Below, one piece after another: positions 54,946-60,468 of a stretch of DNA of 60,468 nt. The notes under the pieces were generated by a model. It ran no database searches. It saw nothing but the letters and a program-made list of their open reading frames with translations, and was not told where the DNA came from. Each line of letters opens with the position of its first letter. The first letter of the stretch is position 1. The translations under genes were made by a program, and so were the position numbers. Location of the stretch: positions 1-60,468 of the IMG/VR virus record IMGVR_UViG_3300046786_000249; one strand, given 5' to 3'. The DNA comes from a virus (Duplodnaviria > Caudoviricetes).

Positions 54946-54971
54946 GCTCAGCCCCTTCGGGGGCTGGGTTT
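54946..54971 (+). terminator. UUCG hairpin
   Basis: CTCAGCCCC-TTCG-GGGGCTGGG followed by TTT. Confidence 0.5.
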
Positions 54972-55014
54972 GCCCACGGCTGATACCCCATCCCAATCGT
55001 TACAGGAGAACACC

Positions 55015-55242
55015 ATGACAACCCTCAGCCCATTGGAAGAGTTCGTGCGCGATTCGCATGAGCTCAAGTCCAACATCCTTGACCAGGCGTTGAAAGAGAA
55101 CGCCCTGCTCAGGGAACAAGTCGCCGAGCTCAAGCTCCAGCTCGAGCTGCGCGAAGCGCTTCTGGACGCTGCGACCATGCGCCTGGAACACGCCAACAAG
55201 CTGGTCAACGCCATGCTTGCGCCGAAAGGCCCCACGCACTGA
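55015..55242 (+). CDS. Coiled-coil hypothetical protein
   Basis: AGGAG RBS; heptad Leu pattern. Confidence 0.7.
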   Translation: MTTLSPLEEFVRDSHELKSNILDQALKENALLREQVAELKLQLELREALLDAATMRLEHANKLVNAMLAPKGPTH

Positions 55243-55311
55243 ACACAAGCCTCGGCCTCCGAGGCTGGCCCTACTCCCTAATCGATGTTTACAGAACAAG
55301 GAGATCCAATC

Positions 55312-55656
55312 ATGGACGAAACCCTCGAGCTCCTCATCGAAGCTCACAAGATCATCAAGTCCCACGCGAAAGCCGGAGGACCTTACGAAGAATGGCTTAC
55401 CAGGGCAGGCAAGACACTGCGATCAAAGCCAGCCGTCAAGACTGCCGTTGCCGCAGCCGACCTGACCTACGAAGCCATGGACTGGACGCCCCTGGCCTTT
55501 GGTCGTCACAAGGGCAAGACGCCGATCGAGTTGTTGACCATCGATCCGTCTTACCTGGTCTGGCTGGATGGCGAGTTCAAGCCCAAACGCGTGAGCAATT
55601 TCCTGGCAGCGCAGGCTCGCAACATGAGCGCACTGCGCCGAGGGGTAGCAGCATGA
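55312..55656 (+). CDS. Protein with FG(R/K)HKG small domain (exonuclease X C-terminal / DUF3820-like)
   Basis: LAFGRHKGKTPIELLTIDPSYLVWL; AAGGAG RBS. Confidence 0.65.
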   Translation: MDETLELLIEAHKIIKSHAKAGGPYEEWLTRAGKTLRSKPAVKTAVAAADLTYEAMDWTPLAFGRHKGKTPIELLTIDPSYLVWLDGEFKPKRVSNFLAAQARNMSALRRGVAA

Positions 55657-55871
55657 GCAAGCCCGAGGTGAACCTCGGTGTGCAGGCCCTGTACGAGGTG
55701 GCTCTGCGTGATCAGCCGCACACAGGCTGGCCACCGGGTCTGTTGCAGGACGACTGCGCTGGACTCAGCCGTTGGCTTGCAACCAGACCAGACGCCAGAC
55801 GCAGGGTGCGCGAGGCATTGGAGTTCTTAGACAAGGAGGAAGCAAATGAATCTGCCACACCGAAACAATGA
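55653..55871 (+). CDS. Hypothetical protein
   Basis: ATGA-coupled; TGWPPGLLQDD...LSRWLA. Confidence 0.65.
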   Translation: MSKPEVNLGVQALYEVALRDQPHTGWPPGLLQDDCAGLSRWLATRPDARRRVREALEFLDKEEANESATPKQ

Positions 55872-56082
55872 GCCAGGCCGAGTGTGCGATGGCTGTCGCT
55901 ACTGGTCAGAAATGATCGCGCAGTCCAGCGCCAACGGGATCCAGGCTTACTGCCTCAATCCCAAGTCCATTCACTACCAAGAGTTCACGCTACGCCACCA
56001 GAGTTGCTCTGAGTGGCGAGACGGACCTTGGGGTGCAGTCGATTCACCTGGCGGCGACCCGTACGCCGACGACTTCAAGTGA
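55846..56082 (+). CDS. Small Cys-rich protein
   Basis: CDGC...CLN...C; GGAGG RBS. Confidence 0.65.
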   Translation: MNLPHRNNEPGRVCDGCRYWSEMIAQSSANGIQAYCLNPKSIHYQEFTLRHQSCSEWRDGPWGAVDSPGGDPYADDFK

Positions 56083-56354
56083 ATCGCGAGCAGTGCCGAG
56101 CGTTGCTCGAGAACATTGATCTGATCCGACACTACGCCGAGGGCGGTGATGTTGGCCACAGGCTTCACGACTACCGCGGTGTGTTCGTGAAGATCTATCC
56201 AGCCAGGGGCGTGATGGTGGGCAACCTCCACCCAGGCGGAACGACCTACGTGAAACTCAAACCCAAGCTGCGATTCAACAAGCACATCGGAGTTTGGGAG
56301 CGAGTGGAACGTACGTTCTACGACGACATTGGTGAACACGAAGTCCTTTCGTGA
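56079..56354 (+). CDS. Hypothetical protein
   Basis: GTGA-coupled start. Confidence 0.6.
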   Translation: MNREQCRALLENIDLIRHYAEGGDVGHRLHDYRGVFVKIYPARGVMVGNLHPGGTTYVKLKPKLRFNKHIGVWERVERTFYDDIGEHEVLS

Positions 56355-56383
56355 CTGCTCCCTAGTCGATGTTTACAGAACGC

Positions 56384-56410
56384 AGGCTCCTTCGGGAGCC
56401 TTTTTTATTT
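56384..56410 (+). terminator. Intrinsic terminator within the early block
   Basis: AGGCTCC-TTCG-GGAGCCT-TTTTTATTT. Confidence 0.85.
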
Positions 56411-56422
56411 CAGGAGAACCAC

Positions 56423-56785
56423 ATGAAAGACCCAGCAGAGCTCAGCGATCACCTCAGCAACTTCTTCTCGACCGAGGTGTACCACTACAACCCGTTGTAC
56501 CGATGGCTCAAGTACACGGACGGCGTCCAAGCGTTTGCGCAACACGCAGGCGGCGGAGCCTATTGGTTCCTCGACATCATCGGCACTGAGCTGCAATCGA
56601 TCGCGAACAAGGAGGAGTTCATGAGCATCACGCTCGACTCCAAGAACGGATCGGCCATCATCAGTGCCGACGATGGCAACGGCAATGCGCTCTGGAGCAA
56701 GAACATCGACTTCACTGACTGCCCCGAAGGTGCGTGGCAGTTCTTCTTGCAGTACGGCGTGTTGATGCTGCGCTCGGAGTACTGA
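56423..56785 (+). CDS. DUF6876-like protein
   Basis: YTDGVQAFA...AYWFLDII...DDGNG...IDFTD...LMLRSEY. Confidence 0.7.
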   Translation: MKDPAELSDHLSNFFSTEVYHYNPLYRWLKYTDGVQAFAQHAGGGAYWFLDIIGTELQSIANKEEFMSITLDSKNGSAIISADDGNGNALWSKNIDFTDCPEGAWQFFLQYGVLMLRSEY

Positions 56786-56787
56786 CC

Positions 56788-57006
56788 ATGAGTGCAGTAC
56801 CTAAGGGCGCCACAGCCACCATCCTTTGGAACGACGAGCCGAAGGTGACCGAGGGCTACTACTTCCACTTCGGAGAATGCCCAGACGAGGACGACGAGGA
56901 CGACGATCGCGTCTTCTACTACGTTGAGAACGAGCAGGAGCTGCGCAAGCTGATGCAGCCCAAGTCCGGCGACTTCGTCGTCATTTCGTATCAACTGGAG
57001 TACTGA
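56788..57006 (+). CDS. Acidic hypothetical protein
   Basis: DEDDEDDDRVFYY; GGAG RBS. Confidence 0.65.
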   Translation: MSAVPKGATATILWNDEPKVTEGYYFHFGECPDEDDEDDDRVFYYVENEQELRKLMQPKSGDFVVISYQLEY

Positions 57007-57008
57007 CC

Positions 57009-57164
57009 ATGAACACAACTCAACTCAAGCGTGTGCGCCGCCTGTTCAACAGCGACCTGGTGCCGCGCGAACACAACCGCTCTTACCAACGCCAGTGGGT
57101 TCGCCAGATCCGAATGCTCGGAGATCGCTGGCTCCTGCTCCACATCAACAAAGGAGCTCAATGA
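57009..57164 (+). CDS. Small basic protein (51 aa; not in ORF track)
   Basis: MNTTQLKRVRRLFNSDLVPREHNRSYQRQWVRQIRMLGDRWLLLHINKGAQ; GGAG RBS. Confidence 0.7.
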   Translation: MNTTQLKRVRRLFNSDLVPREHNRSYQRQWVRQIRMLGDRWLLLHINKGAQ

Positions 57165-57568
57165 AGACGCAACTGATCACACTCGAGGAACTGAGAAACC
57201 TGCGCATGACCTACGTCATGGGGATGACGGGTGACGTCGGAGCCTCACGCAAGTACATCAACGAGAAGTGGCAGATACACAAGGAGGTTCACACCAAGCG
57301 CAATCGCAAGGGTGACCTCTATGGTGGATGGAAGGAACCACAGGTCTACTTCTACGTGACCTGGGACAAGCGGGTCTTCCACACCGTCGGCGACATGTAC
57401 AACGCGCTGTTCGTCACGCCCTGGTTCAAGCTCGCCGAGCACAAACCGGTGCGCAAGGGCTACTACCAGACCGATGCCGGGACGACGTTCTGGAACGGCG
57501 CCAGCTTCAACACCGACGACATCGTCACGATCTGGCGAGGCATGGTCAAGGTTCCGGTGCTGTCATGA
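57161..57568 (+). CDS. Hypothetical protein
   Basis: AAGGAG RBS; C-terminal TPWF...KPVRKGYY...WRG module. Confidence 0.7.
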   Translation: MKTQLITLEELRNLRMTYVMGMTGDVGASRKYINEKWQIHKEVHTKRNRKGDLYGGWKEPQVYFYVTWDKRVFHTVGDMYNALFVTPWFKLAEHKPVRKGYYQTDAGTTFWNGASFNTDDIVTIWRGMVKVPVLS

Positions 57569-57744
57569 CTCTGGATCAGTGGATACGCGATGGCGCAAAC
57601 CAAGATCCAAAGACGTCATTGCTCATGCACCAGAACGCCCAGCTCACACACGCACTGGGCTGGCTTCTCTGCCAGTACCGAGGTGATCAGCAAGATCCCT
57701 CGTACCAAGATGCAGTGGTCTTGTACTCACACGCCACTGAGTAA
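57565..57744 (+). CDS. Hypothetical protein (59 aa)
   Basis: ATGA-coupled. Confidence 0.55.
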   Translation: MTLDQWIRDGANQDPKTSLLMHQNAQLTHALGWLLCQYRGDQQDPSYQDAVVLYSHATE

Positions 57745-57867
57745 CGCGTAGACGTCGGTTCTCGGCGTCTCTTCGCTTCGGGTAAGTCGGTTGGCTCTTC
57801 CCCCGCTTTCGCCGGGGGAAGGCCCCCTTTTTGTTTCTCGTTTCTTTTGCACCTTGTTCTGACCAGT

Positions 57868-57889
57868 CCCCGCCGCATGGCGGGTTTTT
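57868..57889 (+). terminator. Terminator-like hairpin just before the amidoligase
   Basis: CCCGCC-GCAT-GGCGGG-TTTTT. Confidence 0.65.
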
Positions 57890-57905
57890 CATTTCTGGAG
57901 ATCAC

Positions 57906-59348
57906 ATGGAACTCTTTGAAACTCCATACATGGTACGGGTCCTCGCGTCGAACACGCTGATGACCCAGTTCGGTGAGCGCTTCCGCAAGCTCAACGAGCG
58001 TGACAACAAGGCGGCAGCCAAGTTGATGAAGCGCATGTCGCTCGGCATTAACCGGCTTAAGAAGCGCATCGAGACCGACGACGGTTCGCCCGAGTACCGC
58101 GCCGCAAACGACAAGCTGCTCCGCGCAAAGGCTCTGGCTGACGTGGTGTACCGGCACATCAACGGCTCACGCCATCGCTTGGCCGTGGTCGTGTACCTGG
58201 TCAAGATCACTCGGCATCTTGGCATTCAGCGCAACCTGGGCAAGCTGCGTGCAGTCATGCGCGTGGCTGAGGCTGGCGTCGACTTTGCGGACTCGACCGA
58301 GTTCATCAACGGCATTTACGGCATCCAGCGTTGCCAAGACTGCTCGCAGTGGGAGTACACGGAGCGGGTTCGCGACACGTACGACGAGACCAAGATCTGC
58401 CGCGACTGCGCGGACAACAGCTACGTCTACTCGGAGGTGGAGGGGACCCTCGTCCACGGCGAGGAATCTCGCCAAGCCCGTGATGCGGACGGCTTGATCG
58501 TCACGATCCACCAGAACAACGAGGACTACCTCTACAACGACGAGCGAGACATGTGGCACCACCGTGACTACGTGTTCCCGCCGCCACCGGTGCTGGGCAC
58601 GTACCACCAGTCAAAGTCTAAGCAGTACCCGATTCGTGACGAGTGGTCAGACCGTTACGGTCGCTACTACGGCGTCGAGCTCGAGGTCGAGATCCGCAAC
58701 TACGAGATCGACCGCGCCGAGAAAGCGATTCAGCTCAACCGAGTCGTCAACAACGGCGAGGTGGGTCGCCGAGCTTTCTTCGAGACCGACGGCTCGCTGA
58801 GCAACGGCTTCGAGATCATCACGCAGCCGATGTCGCTGCCGATGCACCGCCAGTTCTGGAACTGGCTCAACGATCGCGAAGCCACCAAGAGCTTGCTGTC
58901 CCACAACACAAGCACTTGCGGCCTGCACGTTCACGTCAGTCGCGACAACCTGACCACGCTCACGATCGCCAAGGTCGTCACGTTCGTCAATCACCCGGAC
59001 AACAAGGTGTTGATCACTGCCGTCGCCCGCCGCTACGCGGAAGGCTACTGCAAGATCAAGACGAAGGATCTCAAGAACGCCTTGTCCACGACCGACCGCT
59101 ACGAAGCGGTCAACGTCACCAGTCGTCGCACGATCGAGTTCCGCATCTTCAAGGGCTCGCTCAAGTACGAGTCGGTGCTCTCTGCCATCGAGTTCTGCCA
59201 CGCACTGGTGGAGTTCGCCAAGTCCGACACGTCGGAACGCGAGGACTCTCTGCGCGTCGATCAGTTCATCGACTTTCTCAACAACCAGGCCGTCGACGAG
59301 ACCGCCAATCTCCGCCCGTATCTCAATCAACGCCTGGAAATGGCATAA
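57906..59348 (+). CDS. Putative amidoligase (COOH-NH2 ligase type 2) with N-terminal Zn ribbon
   Basis: YGVELEVE, ETDGSL, GFEIITQP, CGLHVHVS, RYEAVN and TIEFRIFKG motifs; CQDC...CRDC. Confidence 0.85.
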   Translation: MELFETPYMVRVLASNTLMTQFGERFRKLNERDNKAAAKLMKRMSLGINRLKKRIETDDGSPEYRAANDKLLRAKALADVVYRHINGSRHRLAVVVYLVKITRHLGIQRNLGKLRAVMRVAEAGVDFADSTEFINGIYGIQRCQDCSQWEYTERVRDTYDETKICRDCADNSYVYSEVEGTLVHGEESRQARDADGLIVTIHQNNEDYLYNDERDMWHHRDYVFPPPPVLGTYHQSKSKQYPIRDEWSDRYGRYYGVELEVEIRNYEIDRAEKAIQLNRVVNNGEVGRRAFFETDGSLSNGFEIITQPMSLPMHRQFWNWLNDREATKSLLSHNTSTCGLHVHVSRDNLTTLTIAKVVTFVNHPDNKVLITAVARRYAEGYCKIKTKDLKNALSTTDRYEAVNVTSRRTIEFRIFKGSLKYESVLSAIEFCHALVEFAKSDTSEREDSLRVDQFIDFLNNQAVDETANLRPYLNQRLEMA

Positions 59349-59357
59349 GGAACAAAC

Positions 59358-60413
59358 ATGTGTCTTCTCGTTAAGCAACCCGCTACCACCGCATTCACGG
59401 ACGACTTCCTGCGTGACGTCTACCAGAAGAACTCCGACGGTCTCGGCGTCATGTACGCCGAAGGCGGTGAGATCCAGATCTACAAGGCGCTGCCGACCAA
59501 GGCTCAGGACTTCATCGACTTCTACCGCGAGCACGCGGAGGGTCGTGACTGCGTGTGGCATGCTCGCATGCAGACGCACGGCGACATCGACCTGAACAAC
59601 TGCCACCCGTACCGCGTCACCGACGACATCTGGATGGCGCACAACGGCGTGCTCAGCACCGGCAACCACCAGGACAAGACCAAGTCCGACACCTGGCACT
59701 TCATTCGCAACGTGCTGTCGCCAGCGCTCGAGCACAACCCGGATCTGTTGCTCGACCCGGCGTACCAGTCGTTCATCGGTCAGATGATCGGCGCCAGCAA
59801 CAAGTTCGGTTTCGTCCGTGCAGACGGCAAGACCGTGATCATCAACGAACAAAGCGGAGTTAACTTCGTGGGGGCCTGGCTGTCGAACACGTACGCCTGG
59901 TCCACCACGAAGTTCGGGTTTCGTTCGTCGTATCAGGGTCAAGGCTACTCGGGGTACGGGTACGCCCAAGACGACTTCGGGTACGGCGGATGGCAAGGGA
60001 GCACTTGGTCCAGCAACAACTGGAACACGCGCACTCACCAAGGGATCAGCTCCAAGCAAGCCAAGATCTACGAAGAAGACGAAGGCCAAAGCGCATTCGG
60101 CGTCGTCGACATCGGCACGCGTGAAGCGAAAGGTTCGTACGAAGGTAAGGCAAGCAGCGAAAGCTGCAAGCTGACCAAGCACCAGGTCGCGCCCATGGTT
60201 CGCGCCGCATTCAACATGTGGCAGCGCAAGGGCGTGATCGGTGTCGAGCGCTGGGTCAAGGACGCCCCGTACAAGGCCGCGGCTCTGCTCGCGTACTACT
60301 ACTGCGACGTCGACGGAGTCGAGGCGTTGGTCGAGTCCGACCCGTCCGAAGCCGCCATCTGGATCGAGGACCTGTTCCGTACCGACTCGGTGTCCCCATC
60401 GATGTTGATGTGA
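59358..60413 (+). CDS. Class II (Ntn) glutamine amidotransferase
   Basis: N-terminal MC, NSDGLG, HARMQTHG, NCHPY, MAHNGVL and SDT motifs; long aromatic/Gly-rich linker and extra C-terminal domain. Confidence 0.9.
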   Translation: MCLLVKQPATTAFTDDFLRDVYQKNSDGLGVMYAEGGEIQIYKALPTKAQDFIDFYREHAEGRDCVWHARMQTHGDIDLNNCHPYRVTDDIWMAHNGVLSTGNHQDKTKSDTWHFIRNVLSPALEHNPDLLLDPAYQSFIGQMIGASNKFGFVRADGKTVIINEQSGVNFVGAWLSNTYAWSTTKFGFRSSYQGQGYSGYGYAQDDFGYGGWQGSTWSSNNWNTRTHQGISSKQAKIYEEDEGQSAFGVVDIGTREAKGSYEGKASSESCKLTKHQVAPMVRAAFNMWQRKGVIGVERWVKDAPYKAAALLAYYYCDVDGVEALVESDPSEAAIWIEDLFRTDSVSPSMLM

Positions 60414-60468
60414 GGAGTGTCCATGGACCAGTGGACTGAGCACGTCAAGCTCGAGATCACCGATGCCG
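60343..60468. repeat. Terminal direct repeat, copy 2
   Basis: Identical to 10-135. Confidence 0.95.

Overview
The window is very probably a complete, circularly assembled genome (~60.3 kb; bases 10-135 are repeated exactly at 60343-60468) of a temperate podovirus-like tailed phage. The host is probably a betaproteobacterium, inferred from an attP core that is the 3' half of a Burkholderiales-type tRNA-Asn(GTT). There are four transcription blocks. (1) A rightward putative early block (54180-60413, continuing 90-1498) of small genes, an amidoligase + class II glutamine amidotransferase pair and a HicA-like/HTH pair. (2) A leftward replication block (7954-1685) with a primase-helicase, DUF1364-like nuclease and Holliday-junction resolvase. 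(3) A rightward recombination/lysogeny block (8294-13993) with ERF, SSB-like protein, PD-(D/E)xK exonuclease, excisionase-like HTH, MazG-like protein, Acb2/Tad1-like protein, tyrosine integrase, then attP. (4) A long leftward late block (52748-14202) with terminase, portal, scaffold, capsid, adaptors, two fibre systems, an internal 7-gene lysis cluster, nozzle, GNAT, ejection proteins and a 3050-aa polyvalent protein. No DNA polymerase, CI-like repressor, reverse transcriptase or CRISPR array was recognised. The most unusual signals are non-coding: a ~420-nt cluster of back-to-back structured RNA domains directly upstream of terS next to a GGTWACC palindrome array, a loop-E-containing structured RNA upstream of int, a lambda sib-like element beyond attP, and an AGGG-N4-CCCT palindrome kept inside coding genes at the cost of rare codons. 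All protein calls come from motif recognition and synteny; no database search was run, and all RNA pairings were worked out by hand.
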